Shown: positions 18,716 to 31,402 of the stretch, one piece after another
How the letters are laid out: each line of letters opens with the position of its first letter
Position numbering within the stretch: the first letter of the stretch is position 1
Source: Pseudomonadota bacterium
GTDB lineage: Bacteria > Pseudomonadota > Gammaproteobacteria > JAKAQQ01
Assembly: GCA_027320085.1 (NCBI GenBank)
Contig: DAHVLZ010000042.1
Location: 1 to 64,000, forward strand
DNA length: 64,000 bases
Direction: 5' to 3'
The notes under the pieces: generated by a model
Databases searched by the model: none
Told to the model about the DNA's origin: nothing
What the model saw: the letters and a program-made list of their open reading frames with translations, nothing else
Position numbers and translations under genes: made by a program

Positions 18716-19835
18716 GTGTGTCCGGAATCGTTCGAATCGTCCAGCCTCAAAGCGCGCCTGCAGGCGATCGAGCCCCGTCTCGAGACCCTTCGGAGGTCCC
18801 TTTGACTACGATCAGTCGAGGGCCCGTCTGGAAGAAATCGGACGGCTCATGGAAGCGCCCGACTTGTGGAACCGGCGGGAACAGGCCCTGGAGCTCGGTC
18901 GTGAGCGGTCACGACTTGAGGCCGTAGTCCAGCCTTTTGATGAAATCGGAAGGCAGTTCAGGGATCTATCGGAACTCTGGGACCTGATGCAGGACGCGGA
19001 ACCGGATCCCGTGCTCCTGGAATCCTGGGTGGGTGATCTGGGTGGGCTTGAAGAACGGATCGAGTCACTCGAGTTCCGGCGAATGTTTTCCGGGGAAATG
19101 GACGAATCCAACGCTTTTCTGGACATTCAGGCCGGAGCGGGAGGGACGGAAGCCCAGGACTGGGCCCAAATGCTCCTTCGCATGTATCTCCGCTGGGCAG
19201 ATCGGCATGGCTTTCGGACGGAAATGGTCGAGGATACCGCCGGCGATGTGGCGGGGATCAAGGGAGCAACGGTCCATGTCATGGGCCCTTACGCCTACGG
19301 CTGGCTGCGAACCGAGACCGGCGTGCACCGCCTCGTCCGCAAATCCCCCTTTGATTCCGGCAACCGGCGCCATACTTCCTTTGCCGGCGTTTTTGTGTCA
19401 CCGGAAGTGGATGACGCGATCGAGATTGACATTAATCCGGCCGATCTCGAGGTGGATACGTTCCGCGCCAGCGGAGCGGGGGGGCAGCATGTGAACCGCA
19501 CCGAGTCCGCGATCCGGATCACCCACCGGCCGACGGGGATCGTGGTCACCTGCCAGAGTGATCGTTCGCAACACAAGAATCGGGCCACGGCCATGAAGCG
19601 GTTGCGGGCCCGACTATACGAGCTTGCCCTGCATGAAAAACAGGAGACGCTACGGGCCATTGAGGCGGGCAAGAGCGATATCAACTTCGGAAGCCAGATC
19701 CGCTCCTATGTCCTTGATCAGTCCCGTATCAAGGACCTGAGAACGGGGATTGAAGTGGCGACGCCGCAAAGCGTGCTGGATGGCGACCTCGATTCATTTC
19801 TGATTGCCAGTTTGCAACAAGGGGGACATCCATGA
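18716..19835 (+). CDS. prfB: Peptide chain release factor 2 with programmed +1 frameshift at 18800-18806
   Basis: GGAGG-TCC-CTT-TGA-C slippery site; SPF and GGQ motifs. The GTG start at 18716 is tentative. Confidence 0.93.
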
Positions 19836-21331
19836 ACCCGTCGACCAGCCCGGACGAAGAAGAAAACCGGCTCATCGCCCACAGACGCGAGAAGCTCACC
19901 GATTATCGCAAACGGGGATTTGACTATCCCAACCATTTTGTCCGCAACGCTCACGCCGGAGAGCTGGCTGCGCTCTATGGGGAGTGGAGTCCCGAAACAC
20001 TCGAGGAGCACCGGGTCCGGGTGGCCGTGGCCGGGCGTCTCATGGCCCGCCGTCTCATGGGACGTGCCGCTTTCGCCGACCTTCGGGATTTTTCCGGCCG
20101 GATTCAGGTCTACGGCCGGGGCGGTGGAGAAGCCGCGGGGGGCGGGAATCTCCTCGAGGGCTTTGATATCGGTGACTTGATTGGCGTCACCGGCTCGTTG
20201 ATGAAAACCCGGACCGGCGAGCTCACGATTCACGCCGATGCCGCGACCCTCCTCGCCAAGAACCTGAGGCCCCTTCCCGAAAAATACCATGGGCTGGTGG
20301 ACCCGGAACAGCGATACCGGCGCCGTTACGTGGACCTCATCATGAACGAGGACACCCGCCGGGTTTTCCTGCAAAGAAGCCAGATCGTCACCCACCTCCG
20401 GCGCTACCTGGACAGCCTGGGATTCCTCGAGGTCGAGACCCCGATGATGCATCTCCTGCCGGGTGGGGCGTTGGCTCGTCCTTTTATGACGCATCACGAG
20501 GCCCTTGACCTGGATCTCTTTCTCCGGATTGCGCCGGAGTTGTATCTCAAACGGCTCATCGTCGGGGGCTTTGAACGGGTCTATGAGATCAACCGCAATT
20601 TCCGCAATGAGGGGGTGTCCACCCGGCACAATCCCGAGTTTACGATGCTGGAACTCTATCAGGCCTATGCCAACGCCCACGAGATGATGAGTCTCACCGA
20701 ACAGATGATCCGAAGCGCTGCCGAGCAGGTGTTGGGCCGGCAGCAGGTGGTCGTGGAGACGCGCGAGGTTGACCTGGCGCCGCCTTTCGCCCGGAAGACC
20801 ATGGTGGAGCTGGTTGGCGAATACAACCCCGGCTTCGAGTGTTCGCGGATCCGCGATGCCGGTTATCTGAGCCAGGTACTCGCGAGCCGGGGGTTGGCGG
20901 TGCCCCCCCTGGCCCAGGAGGCAGGCATGCTGCTCATGGAGTTGTTTGAGGCCACGGTCGAACCGAAGCTTTTCGACCCTGTCTTTGTGACGGACTATCC
21001 GCTCGCGGTGTCCCCCCTGGCCCGCCGGGCGCAGGATCCGTTTTTCGCCGACCGTTTCGAGCTGTATATTGGGGGACGTGAACTGGCCAATGGGTTTTCG
21101 GAACTCAATGATCCGGAAGACCAGGCTGACCGTTTCCGTGCGCAGCTGAGAGCACGCGAGGCGGGACAGGATGAGGCCATGTATTTCGACCAGGACTATA
21201 TTGAAGCCCTGGAATACGGAATGCCGCCGACGGGGGGACTCGGGGTGGGTATTGACCGATTGGTCATGCTTCTCACCGGTCGATCCTCGATTCGTGAGGT
21301 TTTGCTGTTCCCCTTGCTCAAGCCGACCTGA
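19832..21331 (+). CDS. lysS: Lysyl-tRNA synthetase (class II)
   Basis: [22 protein letters not shown]...[25 protein letters not shown]. Confidence 0.97.
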   Translation: MNPSTSPDEEENRLIAHRREKLTDYRKRGFDYPNHFVRNAHAGELAALYGEWSPETLEEHRVRVAVAGRLMARRLMGRAAFADLRDFSGRIQVYGRGGGEAAGGGNLLEGFDIGDLIGVTGSLMKTRTGELTIHADAATLLAKNLRPLPEKYHGLVDPEQRYRRRYVDLIMNEDTRRVFLQRSQIVTHLRRYLDSLGFLEVETPMMHLLPGGALARPFMTHHEALDLDLFLRIAPELYLKRLIVGGFERVYEINRNFRNEGVSTRHNPEFTMLELYQAYANAHEMMSLTEQMIRSAAEQVLGRQQVVVETREVDLAPPFARKTMVELVGEYNPGFECSRIRDAGYLSQVLASRGLAVPPLAQEAGMLLMELFEATVEPKLFDPVFVTDYPLAVSPLARRAQDPFFADRFELYIGGRELANGFSELNDPEDQADRFRAQLRAREAGQDEAMYFDQDYIEALEYGMPPTGGLGVGIDRLVMLLTGRSSIREVLLFPLLKPT

Positions 21332-22196
21332 AGTCCCGCAAAACCCGGTTTCCGGATTCGGATGAGATCCGGTCGAGCGCCTCTTCGCGGACGACGGCCT
21401 GGATCCACGTGCCGGAGCCGGATGCGGGAATGCAGTCCAGGACGGTGCCGGCGGGTTCCTCGAGACCACCGGCCCAGAGCAGGTCGCCTGGCGAACGGAC
21501 CGTGGAGGACTCGAGGAGGACGAGATTTCTTTTAACCCGCCCGCGATATTCGGTCCGTGCGACGACCTCCTGTCCCGGGTAGCACCCCTTGCGAAGCGAG
21601 ACGGCTCCAATCCCCGTGAGGTGGAGGGCGTGCGGCACGAACTGTTCACTGGTGGCGGCCAGGATGCGGGGGATGCCGAGCCAGAAGTCGATACCCTGCC
21701 ACCCGGAGTCGGACGCCTTTGCGGATGTGGGCTCGGATGCCGGTCCGAGTGCGAGATAGCGCGGCAGGGGAGAGCCGGGGGGATCCCGCCCGAGGAGTGA
21801 ATAGCCGGAGGGCAGGAGGGGGGATTTCTCTTCCGGTTCCGGCCTCATCCACCCACCCATAATCCACCCGGGATCTCCGAGTTCAAGATGGACCCGGCTT
21901 CGCAGGATGTACCGCTGAAGCGTGTCGCGCAGTCGGGAAGCGAGGTCATTTTCGACAAGGAGGATCACGGCATCGGGCTGGACTGCGATACGGAACAGCG
22001 CGATCACCCGGCCTTGGGCTTGACACAGGGCGGCCCAGGAAAACCGGGGGCCGGGATCCGGAACCTCCTGGGTCAGGAGACGGTTCAAAAAGTCGATGCG
22101 ATCCTCTCCCATGACCCGGAGTGGGCGGAGGGGAAGAGGCCTCAGGTGGCCGGCCTGCATCTGGAGTCGGGTGTCCAGTTCCGGAGGCCAGTTCAC
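21318..22196 (-). CDS. ygfZ: Folate-binding Fe-S maturation protein YgfZ
   Basis: KGCYPGQEVVAR signature. Confidence 0.9.
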   Translation of the reverse strand: MNWPPELDTRLQMQAGHLRPLPLRPLRVMGEDRIDFLNRLLTQEVPDPGPRFSWAALCQAQGRVIALFRIAVQPDAVILLVENDLASRLRDTLQRYILRSRVHLELGDPGWIMGGWMRPEPEEKSPLLPSGYSLLGRDPPGSPLPRYLALGPASEPTSAKASDSGWQGIDFWLGIPRILAATSEQFVPHALHLTGIGAVSLRKGCYPGQEVVARTEYRGRVKRNLVLLESSTVRSPGDLLWAGGLEEPAGTVLDCIPASGSGTWIQAVVREEALDRISSESGNRVLRDFRSA

Positions 22197-22294
22197 GTCG
22201 GTTTCCGATCAGCAACGGAGGCGCAAGGCGCGGCGGAAGAGTCGGATTTCACGCGGTCATTATCCGTCTTGCCTGAATCAGATACAATGAACAG

Positions 22295-22513
22295 GTGAAT
22301 GCCCAACACCACAACAACCTCCCACGACCGAACGGAAGCGGTGAGAGCAGCGCCGCCCACGGGGTCGGGTCCCTTCCGGGCACCCCCGACACCCCGGCGT
22401 CTCCGGAAGCTCCCCCCGATCACAGCGTCCCCCGGGAACGGGGCGGGCCCAAGGGATTGGAGCCGACCCGCTATGGGGATTGGGAACGGGGTGGGCGCTG
22501 CATCGATTTCTAG
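22295..22513 (+). CDS. DUF1674 / SdhAF4-like succinate dehydrogenase assembly factor
   Basis: C-terminal ERGGPKGLEPTRYGDWERGGRCIDF; lies directly upstream of sdhC. Confidence 0.88.
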   Translation: MNAQHHNNLPRPNGSGESSAAHGVGSLPGTPDTPASPEAPPDHSVPRERGGPKGLEPTRYGDWERGGRCIDF

Positions 22514-22534
22514 CCAGTCCAGCGAGGAGGCCCG

Positions 22535-22915
22535 ATGACTTCCACCGATCGTCCATTGTCTCCCCATTTGCAGATTTACCGTTGGCAAATCACGTCGGTT
22601 CTGTCCATTCTGCACCGCCTGACGGGACTCTGGCTGGGTCTGGGCCTGCTCGCCCTTTCGGTTGCGATCTGGCTGGTGGGTCCTGCGCCGGCCGCTTATC
22701 GAAGCTACGCGCATTTTCTGGCCTCCCCGTTTGGGTTGATCCTCCTCGTGAGTTGGAGTTTCTGCTTTTTCTATCACTTGCTGAACGGAATCCGGCATCT
22801 GTTCTGGGATCTGGGGCATGGTTTCGCGATTGCCGACTTCTACCGGTCCGGGTGGCTCGTCATCGTCGGGAGCCTGTTGCTCGTGGTTTTGGCTTGGGGC
22901 CTCGTGCTCTATTGA
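22535..22915 (+). CDS. sdhC: Succinate dehydrogenase cytochrome b556 subunit
   Basis: RPLSPHLQIY, SILHRLTG, HLLNGIRHLFWD. Confidence 0.95.
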   Translation: MTSTDRPLSPHLQIYRWQITSVLSILHRLTGLWLGLGLLALSVAIWLVGPAPAAYRSYAHFLASPFGLILLVSWSFCFFYHLLNGIRHLFWDLGHGFAIADFYRSGWLVIVGSLLLVVLAWGLVLY

Positions 22916-22934
22916 ACTAAAGGAGATTCAAACG

Positions 22935-23321
22935 ATGGCCGAGACACGTTCACCCTACAAGCAGGCGGTCGGTCAGGGTTCGGCCCGGCGGGGCTCCGGG
23001 GACTGGCTGGCCCAACGGCTGACCGCACTGGCCTTGATCCCCCTCCTGTGCTGGTTTGTCTGGGGGCTATTCGGACATCTGCTGGCCGGACGTGGTGCCT
23101 TGATTGGATGGCTGGCAACACCCGCCGTCGGAATTTTCGCCTCGCTGGCCTTGGGGGTGGCTTGCTACCATGCCTACCTCGGTTTCCGGGTGGTCGTTGA
23201 AGACTATGTCCATACCCCGGTCTCACGCGGGTTTCTCCTGATTGCCCTCCGCTTCCTGTTCTTCGTGGTCGCCTTTGCCGATGTGTTCATGATTCTTCGG
23301 CTGTCCTTGAGGATTCCCTGA
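22935..23321 (+). CDS. sdhD: Succinate dehydrogenase hydrophobic anchor
   Basis: [32 protein letters not shown]; AAGGAG RBS. Confidence 0.92.
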   Translation: MAETRSPYKQAVGQGSARRGSGDWLAQRLTALALIPLLCWFVWGLFGHLLAGRGALIGWLATPAVGIFASLALGVACYHAYLGFRVVVEDYVHTPVSRGFLLIALRFLFFVVAFADVFMILRLSLRIP

Positions 23322-25108
23322 TGGCCCCAGCTTATCCCTTGATCGAACATGAATATGACGTCCTCGTGATCGGGGCCGGAGGGTCGGGTTTGCGGGCCTG
23401 CGTCGGACTGGCCGAGGCGGGGCTCAAAACCGCCTGCCTGACCAAAGTCTTCCCGACGCGCAGTCATACGGTGGCGGCCCAGGGCGGAATCAGTGCGGCG
23501 CTCGGCAACATGGGAGAAGACCGCTGGAGCTGGCACATGTATGACACGGTCAAGGGATCGGACTGGCTCGGTGACCAGGATGCCATCGAGTACATGTGTC
23601 GGGAGGCCATACCGTCCGTCATCGAGCTCGAACATTATGGGATGCCCTTTTCTCGCCTCGAAAATGGAAAGATCTTCCAGCGGGCTTTCGGCGGGATGAC
23701 CACCCGCTTTGGGGAAGGGACGGCCCAACGAACTTGCGCCGCGGCTGACCGCACCGGTCATGCCATGCTGCACACCCTCTACCAGCAGGCCATCCGGCAT
23801 GGGGTCGAGTTTGCCATCGAGTATTACGCCATTGATCTCTTGGCAGACGCGGAGGGTGTCTCCGGCGCATTGGCTTGGGATCTTTCCACCGGGACCTTGC
23901 ACCTCTTTCGGGCACAGACAACCATCCTGGCCACCGGCGGCTATGGGCGGGCTTATTTTTCCTGCACCTCCGCCCATACCTGCACCGGCGACGGAAATGG
24001 CATGGTGGCCCGGGCCGGGTACCCCTTGCAGGACATGGAGTTTGTTCAGTTTCATCCAACCGGTATTTATGGTGCGGGATGCCTCATCACCGAGGGCGCA
24101 CGGGGTGAGGGGGGTTACCTCACCAATGCGCAGGGTGAGCGTTTCATGGAGCGCTACGCGCCCCATGCCAGGGACCTGGCATCCCGGGACGTGGTTTCGC
24201 GGGCGATCACCATCGAGATCCGGGAAGGCCGCGGGGTGGGCTCCCATCGGGATCATGTGGACTTGCACCTCGAACACCTGGGCCCGGAGATCATTCATCA
24301 CCGGCTGCCCGGGATTACGGAAACCGCACGAATTTTTGCCGGGGTTGATGCCACCCGGGAGCCGATCCCGGTTCTGCCGACCGTACACTACAACATGGGG
24401 GGGGTCCCAACGGACTTGAACGCCCAGGCACTGACCCAGGATAGCGAGGGACGGCTGCATCCCATCACCGGCCTCATGGCAGTCGGGGAAACCGCCTGTG
24501 TGTCCGTGCACGGCGCCAACCGACTGGGCTCCAACTCCCTTCTCGACCTCATGGTTTTCGGTCGTGCCGCGGCACTCCATTGTCAGCGCACCCTGGTTCG
24601 CGGGCACAGGCTTCGTCCCCTCGCCGCCGGGACGGTCGATGGCGTACTGGACCGGTTTGACCGTCTCCGGCATGCCCAGGGATCTCAACCCACGGCCCAT
24701 CTGCGTGAGCGCATGCAGAAAACCATGCAAACCGAAGCCTCGGTTTTCAGAACCGGAGAAACCCTGGGCCAGGCCCAAAAGACTCTCGTCGAAATCTGGA
24801 AGGACACGGCGGATCTCGGAATCCGCGATCATTCCCTCGTCTGGAACTCGGATCTGGCTGAGACTCTGGAGTTCGAGAACCTTCTGGCCTGCGCCCTCAC
24901 GACCGTGACGGGGGCCTTGACGAGAACCGAATCTCGAGGCAGTCATGCCCGTGAGGACTTTCCAGAACGGAACGATCAAGACTGGCTCAAACATTCCTTG
25001 ATCTGGTTGGACCGGAAGGGACAGGCGCGGGTGGCTCACCGGCCGGTCAACCTCAAGCCATTAACCGGAGAAGTCACCTCGATACCCCCGAAACCCCGGG
25101 TGTACTGA
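23321..25108 (+). CDS. sdhA: Succinate dehydrogenase flavoprotein
   Basis: [16 protein letters not shown] (FAD His), [17 protein letters not shown]. Confidence 0.97.
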   Translation: MAPAYPLIEHEYDVLVIGAGGSGLRACVGLAEAGLKTACLTKVFPTRSHTVAAQGGISAALGNMGEDRWSWHMYDTVKGSDWLGDQDAIEYMCREAIPSVIELEHYGMPFSRLENGKIFQRAFGGMTTRFGEGTAQRTCAAADRTGHAMLHTLYQQAIRHGVEFAIEYYAIDLLADAEGVSGALAWDLSTGTLHLFRAQTTILATGGYGRAYFSCTSAHTCTGDGNGMVARAGYPLQDMEFVQFHPTGIYGAGCLITEGARGEGGYLTNAQGERFMERYAPHARDLASRDVVSRAITIEIREGRGVGSHRDHVDLHLEHLGPEIIHHRLPGITETARIFAGVDATREPIPVLPTVHYNMGGVPTDLNAQALTQDSEGRLHPITGLMAVGETACVSVHGANRLGSNSLLDLMVFGRAAALHCQRTLVRGHRLRPLAAGTVDGVLDRFDRLRHAQGSQPTAHLRERMQKTMQTEASVFRTGETLGQAQKTLVEIWKDTADLGIRDHSLVWNSDLAETLEFENLLACALTTVTGALTRTESRGSHAREDFPERNDQDWLKHSLIWLDRKGQARVAHRPVNLKPLTGEVTSIPPKPRVY

Positions 25109-25133
25109 TTTCCTCATCAGACGGAGAACGTTG

Positions 25134-25916
25134 ATGCCCCAATTTCGCCTGCCTGCCAACTCCAGGATCCAGCCCGGAATGGATCATCCGTCTGAGCGAT
25201 CGCCTGCCCGGCCCTGCGAACTCCGTATCTACCGTTATGATCCGGACAAGCCCGACGTCAACCCCCGTTTGGACCGGTATGTGATCGATCTGGACGATTG
25301 TGGTCCCATGGTGCTGGATGCCCTCATCAAGATCAAGAATGAGATGGATCCGACCCTGACCTTCCGTCGCTCCTGCCGTGAGGGTGTTTGCGGTTCCTGC
25401 GCGATGAACATCCAGGGAACCAATACCCTGGCCTGTACCCGGTCGATGTCGGACCTGGGTCCCCGGATTACGATCTATCCCCTGCCGCACATGCCGGTCA
25501 TCAAGGATCTGGTTTCCGACCTGAGCCATTTTTATGCCCAGTACGCGTCCATCGAGCCCTGGCTCAAAACCCGGGGGCAGGCGGGCGATCGGGAGCACCT
25601 GCAGTCCCCGGAGGACCGGGCCCGGCTCGATCAGGTCTACGAGTGCATTCTCTGTGCCTGTTGTTCGACGGCTTGTCCCAGTTACTGGTGGAACAGCGAC
25701 CGCTATCTGGGTCCGGCTGTGCTTCTCCAGGCGTACCGCTGGCTGGTCGATAGTCGCGATGAGGCGACGGGTGAACGGTTGGATCAGCTCGAGGATCCCT
25801 TCCGGCTGTATCGCTGCCATACCATCCTGAACTGCACCAATACCTGTCCCAAGGGCCTCAATCCCGCCGCGGCCATCGCCGAGATCAAACGGATGATGGT
25901 TGAGCGTGGTTCATGA
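25134..25916 (+). CDS. sdhB: Succinate dehydrogenase Fe-S subunit
   Basis: [34 protein letters not shown]. Confidence 0.97.
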   Translation: MPQFRLPANSRIQPGMDHPSERSPARPCELRIYRYDPDKPDVNPRLDRYVIDLDDCGPMVLDALIKIKNEMDPTLTFRRSCREGVCGSCAMNIQGTNTLACTRSMSDLGPRITIYPLPHMPVIKDLVSDLSHFYAQYASIEPWLKTRGQAGDREHLQSPEDRARLDQVYECILCACCSTACPSYWWNSDRYLGPAVLLQAYRWLVDSRDEATGERLDQLEDPFRLYRCHTILNCTNTCPKGLNPAAAIAEIKRMMVERGS

Positions 25917-26166
25917 AGACGGGATGAGGATCCAGCATTTGCGCTGGCAGTGCCGGCGTGGCCGACGCGAGCTGGACCTGATCCTCACGCGTTATCTGGA
26001 GGGCCCCTTTTCAACAGCCTCCCCCGACGAACAGGAGGCATTCGAAAAGCTTTTGGAGAGGCCGGATCCCGTCCTCTGGAATTGGCTGTTCCTGGAAGAG
26101 CCTGCCGCACTCGATCCGGCAGGGAAGCGGGTGCTCGCGGAGTTGAAAGTATTTCGGGGCGGGTAG
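25900..26166 (+). CDS. sdhE: FAD assembly factor SdhE
   Basis: [16 protein letters not shown]...[12 protein letters not shown]. Confidence 0.88.
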   Translation: MSVVHEDGMRIQHLRWQCRRGRRELDLILTRYLEGPFSTASPDEQEAFEKLLERPDPVLWNWLFLEEPAALDPAGKRVLAELKVFRGG

Positions 26167-26239
26167 CAGACGATTCGGACACCAGCGGTTGGCGCAGCTG
26201 TCATAACCCACGATGCTCACCGCTTCGTTGACGGGCTCT

Positions 26240-27232
26240 TCAGGGGGTTACACCTTCCAGGGAAAGAACGACTTTCCCTCGTACCCCGCCGTTTTCAATG
26301 CGCCCATGGGCCTCGTCCGTCCTTTCGATCGGATAGACGGAATCAATGACGGGCTTGAGCTGACCCACGCCCACCATGCGTGCGATCTTGTCCATGAGCG
26401 ATCCTGAACGGGTCGTCCGGATCAGGTGGATGTCGACGTTTTTGAGATAGGCCCGTCCAAGCGCGGTCTCACTCGCGGTGATGCTCAGAATTCGTCCATG
26501 GGGCCTCACCAGTTCGAGATTTTGGGCGAAAACCGGTCCCCCGACCGTATCGAAGACGACATCCACCGCATCGGCACCGATGATCTTGCGGACGGAATCG
26601 GCCACGTTTTCGACGCGGTAGTCGATCGCGACATCCGCGCCCAGCCGGACGACGAGATCCACATTGCTTTTCCGGCAGGTGGTGATGACCCGTGCTCCCG
26701 CCGCCTTGGCCATCTGGATGGCCAGGGAACCGACGCCGCCTGAACCCGCATGGACCAGGATGGTCTCCCCGACCTCGATGTGGGTCCGTTCAAACAGTGC
26801 CTGCCAGGCGGTTGAGGCCGCGAGGGGCAGGCTTGCGGCTTCAACAAAACTGAGGTCCCCGGGTTTGTATGCCACCAGGGTTTCTGGGACCACGTGATAT
26901 TCCGCATAGGTGCCCGGCGTGAGTTGTGAGATGTCCGCCGTGTAGAAGACCTCGTCACCTTTGCGGAACCGGGTCACCCCGAGTCCCACTTCCTCCACCA
27001 CGCCTGCCGCATCGGTGCCGATGATCGCGGGAGGCTGGATATCGGTCCAGGCACCATTGCGCCGGATCTTGTAATCGATGGGGTTGACGGATGCCGCGAG
27101 GACCCGGACGAGCACCGACCCGGGGCCGGGTTTGGGCCGGGGTTGGAGACGATAGGTCAGGGTTTCCGGTCCGCCAAAGGCGTCCAAAACCACGGCGTGC
27201 ATCTGGAGATTGGTGCGGAGACTGAAGGTCAT
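26240..27232 (-). CDS. MDR-family NAD(P)-dependent (quinone) oxidoreductase
   Basis: ASVNPIDYK, GTYAEY, HAGSGGVG, GKVVL. Confidence 0.88.
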   Translation of the reverse strand: MTFSLRTNLQMHAVVLDAFGGPETLTYRLQPRPKPGPGSVLVRVLAASVNPIDYKIRRNGAWTDIQPPAIIGTDAAGVVEEVGLGVTRFRKGDEVFYTADISQLTPGTYAEYHVVPETLVAYKPGDLSFVEAASLPLAASTAWQALFERTHIEVGETILVHAGSGGVGSLAIQMAKAAGARVITTCRKSNVDLVVRLGADVAIDYRVENVADSVRKIIGADAVDVVFDTVGGPVFAQNLELVRPHGRILSITASETALGRAYLKNVDIHLIRTTRSGSLMDKIARMVGVGQLKPVIDSVYPIERTDEAHGRIENGGVRGKVVLSLEGVTP

Positions 27233-27278
27233 GGGGTTTCCCCTTGAGATCTCGAGTACCGCCCTGGGGCCAAACCCG

Positions 27279-27638
27279 TCAGTGCGGTTCCGGTTCAGAC
27301 CCAGAAGCTACAGGTAAACCTTTCTGTGCCCAGGCCAGCGTTCCTCCCTGCACATGGACGACGTTGGGCAGGTGTTCAAAAACCTGTTCACAGGCACTCA
27401 TGGCCCGGTGCCCCGAGTGACACAGGACGTAGATCGGTGCCTCGGGCGGACAGCCGTACTGTTTGAGTTTCTCCCGGAGGGTGGAGACGCTCAGTTCATC
27501 CAGAGGGATGAGGAGAGCGCCGGCCGCATGGATCCTTTGATATTCTTCGGTCGTGCGGACATCCAGCAGGGTGATCGGCTCGCCGGACTCAACCCGCTGC
27601 TCGAGCTCATCAATGGAAATGGAAGGAATCGTATTCAT
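27279..27638 (-). CDS. Single-domain rhodanese-like protein
   Basis: LLDVRTTEEY...HAAGA, CHSGHRA, GGTLAW. Confidence 0.88.
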   Translation of the reverse strand: MNTIPSISIDELEQRVESGEPITLLDVRTTEEYQRIHAAGALLIPLDELSVSTLREKLKQYGCPPEAPIYVLCHSGHRAMSACEQVFEHLPNVVHVQGGTLAWAQKGLPVASGSEPEPH

Positions 27639-27763
27639 GGTTGGCCCGGATCGAGAGGGACCCACCTCATGATACGACAGGAACCCCTCCCGGGTCAGCT
27701 CCACCGAATGTCATAATCCCGTAAAATCACGAAATCCCAGGATGGCTGGCATGCGACGCGACC

Positions 27764-28753
27764 ATGTCCGATTTCGTGATTGATTATCCGGATATCCAGT
27801 ATGCCCGCGAGCGCATTTACCGCCAGGGTCTCGGACCGACTCCAATCCACCGCTGGCATGCCTTCGAAGAACGGTCCGGCAAGAGGGGATACCAGGTTTA
27901 TGTCAAGTGTGAGAACCTGACGGCCATTGGGGCATTCAAGATCCGGGGCGCGCTGAATGCCGTCATGAGCCTCACGGAATCGGAGGCGCGCCGCGGTGTG
28001 GCCACCCACTCTTCCGGGAACCATGGAACCGCCGTTGCCTATGCTGCGCGCGCCCGGGGTATTCCCGCAACCGTCGTCGTTCCGGAGAACGCTTCGCCGC
28101 AAAAAATGAACCTGATCCGTCATTACGGGGCGGAACTCATGACCTGCGAACCCACCCAGAAGGGACGTGAGGAGGCACTGGCCCGCCTGGTCCAGGAGCG
28201 GGGCCGGGTGCCGATTCACCCTTACGACCATCCAGCGGTGATGGCCGGCCAAGGAACGGTGGCAGATGAGTTTTTGGATTGTGTCCCGGATCTCGATTGG
28301 CTCTTCGTGCCGATCGGCGGGGGAGGGCTGATCAGCGGAACAGCAGTCACGGTTCGGACCCGGCGACCCCAGATGCGCCTGATCGGGGTCGAGCCCGAAG
28401 GGGCCAATGACACCCAACGCTCGCTTGCGGCCGGGACCCGGACTCCGCACCCGGCTCCCGATACCGTGGCGGACGGACTGCGGGCCTTCGTGGGGACGCT
28501 GACTTTCCCGATCATCCAGAAATGGGTCGATCAGGTCCAGACGGTCACTGACCAGGAGATCCGGAATGCCGTCCGGTGGGGTTTCGAAGAGTTGCGGATG
28601 GTGGTCGAGCCTTCGGCCGCAACCGTCCTCGCGGCCCTGTCCCGGACGGCGCTGCCTGACCGGGCCCGGGTCGGGGTGATTTTGACCGGAGGGAACGTCG
28701 ATCCTGGCCTGTGGGCCAGTCTTCGGGAGGACGCTAGCGTCCCCGGTAGGTGA
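27764..28753 (+). CDS. PLP-dependent threonine/serine dehydratase or serine racemase-like enzyme
   Basis: [30 protein letters not shown]. Confidence 0.9.
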   Translation: MSDFVIDYPDIQYARERIYRQGLGPTPIHRWHAFEERSGKRGYQVYVKCENLTAIGAFKIRGALNAVMSLTESEARRGVATHSSGNHGTAVAYAARARGIPATVVVPENASPQKMNLIRHYGAELMTCEPTQKGREEALARLVQERGRVPIHPYDHPAVMAGQGTVADEFLDCVPDLDWLFVPIGGGGLISGTAVTVRTRRPQMRLIGVEPEGANDTQRSLAAGTRTPHPAPDTVADGLRAFVGTLTFPIIQKWVDQVQTVTDQEIRNAVRWGFEELRMVVEPSAATVLAALSRTALPDRARVGVILTGGNVDPGLWASLREDASVPGR

Positions 28754-28952
28754 TGCGACCCTTGCTCAGGTCGTAGGGGGTGAGCTGGACCGTGACGCGG
28801 TCCCCGGTCAGGATCCGGATGTAGTTCTTCCGCATGCGACCCGAGATATGGGCGAGGACGATGTGCCCATTGTCGAGCTTGACACGGAAAGTCGTGTTCG
28901 GCAGGGTTTCGACCACGACTCCTTCCATTTCGATGTTGTCTTCTTTGGGCAT
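28734..28952 (-). CDS. infA: Translation initiation factor IF-1
   Basis: [30 protein letters not shown]...[11 protein letters not shown]. Confidence 0.97.
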   Translation of the reverse strand: MPKEDNIEMEGVVVETLPNTTFRVKLDNGHIVLAHISGRMRKNYIRILTGDRVTVQLTPYDLSKGRITYRGR

Positions 28953-29111
28953 GGAGTGCTGGATGGCGCAGGGGCACGAGTCAAACACACGCAATTGTGC
29001 CTTATGCGGCCCTCTTCTTCAACTGCTCGGATTCTGCCCCGCATCGGATCCTGCATGATTCGTGGGCTCGGCCCATGCCCGGACGGGCGAAGGCCCACTG
29101 GCGCGAGGGCT

Positions 29112-30158
<1,047 letters not shown>

Positions 30159-30259
30159 TCATGGCAGAGAGGGAGGATGAATCAGGCCCGAGTGCATGAA
30201 TTCTATCACGCCACTCCGAAGGGGATCGACTGGAGCGGCTGCCACCGAGGTGTTTTTCC

Positions 30260-31318
30260 ATGCGAGTTGGTATTCCCCGAGAACTCAAACCCAAAGAGGG
30301 CCGGGTTGGCCTGATTCCGGCGGCGGCCGCCGAACTGGCCAGACGGGGCCATGAAGTCTGGGTTGAAACTCAAGCGGGCGTCCAGAGCGGATATCCCGAT
30401 GCGCTCTATCAGGCGGTGGGGTGTCGGATTGCCAAAAATCACCGGGAGCTGTTCGAAAACAGCGAGCTCGTGATCAAGGTCAAGGAACCGATCGCCGAGG
30501 ATCTGGACTGTCTGGCCCGTCATCACCTGCTGTTTTGCTATTTGCATCTGGCCCCGGTCCCGAAACTGACGGAGGCGCTGGTGCGGATCGGCCTGACCGC
30601 CATTGCTTTCGAAACCGTCGAGGAAAACCGGCGTTTGCCGTTGTTGGCCCCCATGAGTGACATTGCCGGCCGTCTGTCCATCCAGATTGGCACCCACCTC
30701 CTGCATCAACCGGAGGGGGGCAAGGGAATCCTGCTGGGCGGGGTGACGGCGGCGCGACGGGGACGGGTGACCATCGTCGGTGCGGGCGTGGCCGGCGGAA
30801 GCGCTGCCGAGGTGGCGGCGGCACTGGGTGCCCACGTGACCGTGTTCGACCTGGACGTCGACAAGCTGGAGAAGATGCGCCAACTGGGTCCCAATGTGAC
30901 GGCTCTTTATGCCCATGCCGAAGACGTTGCCCGTAGTGTGGCCCAGGCCGACCTCGTGGTCGGTGCGGTTCTCGTGACCGGGGAAAAGGCTCCCCATGTC
31001 ATCTCCAAGACGATGGTGCAGTCCATGCAGCCGGGGAGTGTCGTGGTGGACATTTCGGTCGACCAAGGGGGGTGTATCGAATCCACGGTACCCACGACCT
31101 ATGAAAAGCCCACTTATGTCTGGGAAGGGGTCACCCATTTCACCGTGACCAACATGCCGGGCGCCGTTCCCCGGACCAGTTCGCAAGCGCTGTCGGCCGC
31201 CATTGCGCCCTATGCCCTGCGTCTGGCAGACGGTTCATGGCGTGCGCAGGAGTCCCTTGTGCGTGGCGTCAATGTGGAGAACGGACGCATTGTGCACCCG
31301 GCTCTCCTGAAGTCCTGA
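30260..31318 (+). CDS. ald: Alanine dehydrogenase
   Basis: MRVGIPRELK..EGRV, KVKEP, YLHLA, DQGGC, NMPGAVPRTS. Confidence 0.93.
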   Translation: MRVGIPRELKPKEGRVGLIPAAAAELARRGHEVWVETQAGVQSGYPDALYQAVGCRIAKNHRELFENSELVIKVKEPIAEDLDCLARHHLLFCYLHLAPVPKLTEALVRIGLTAIAFETVEENRRLPLLAPMSDIAGRLSIQIGTHLLHQPEGGKGILLGGVTAARRGRVTIVGAGVAGGSAAEVAAALGAHVTVFDLDVDKLEKMRQLGPNVTALYAHAEDVARSVAQADLVVGAVLVTGEKAPHVISKTMVQSMQPGSVVVDISVDQGGCIESTVPTTYEKPTYVWEGVTHFTVTNMPGAVPRTSSQALSAAIAPYALRLADGSWRAQESLVRGVNVENGRIVHPALLKS

Positions 31319-31402
31319 GGAGGGTTTGCCATCAGCCGCCGGCTGAAGTCCACCCCACCGCGCAACCACCGCCTCCTGTGGAATGCCGAGTTTACACACG
31401 GG

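Noticed and set aside
19718-21649. Long antisense or alternate-frame ORFs (also 23204-25039, 32204-33835, 40309-42369, 42465-44282, 61515-63158)
   Set aside because: They are shadows of well-supported genes in high-GC DNA and have no recognisable motifs.
31319-31402. ftsK frame open upstream of GTG 31403 after a strong AGGAGG, with no in-frame ATG/GTG/TTG
   Set aside because: It could be a 1-nt sequencing error, an ATC start or a true GTG 31403 start; this cannot be resolved from the sequence.
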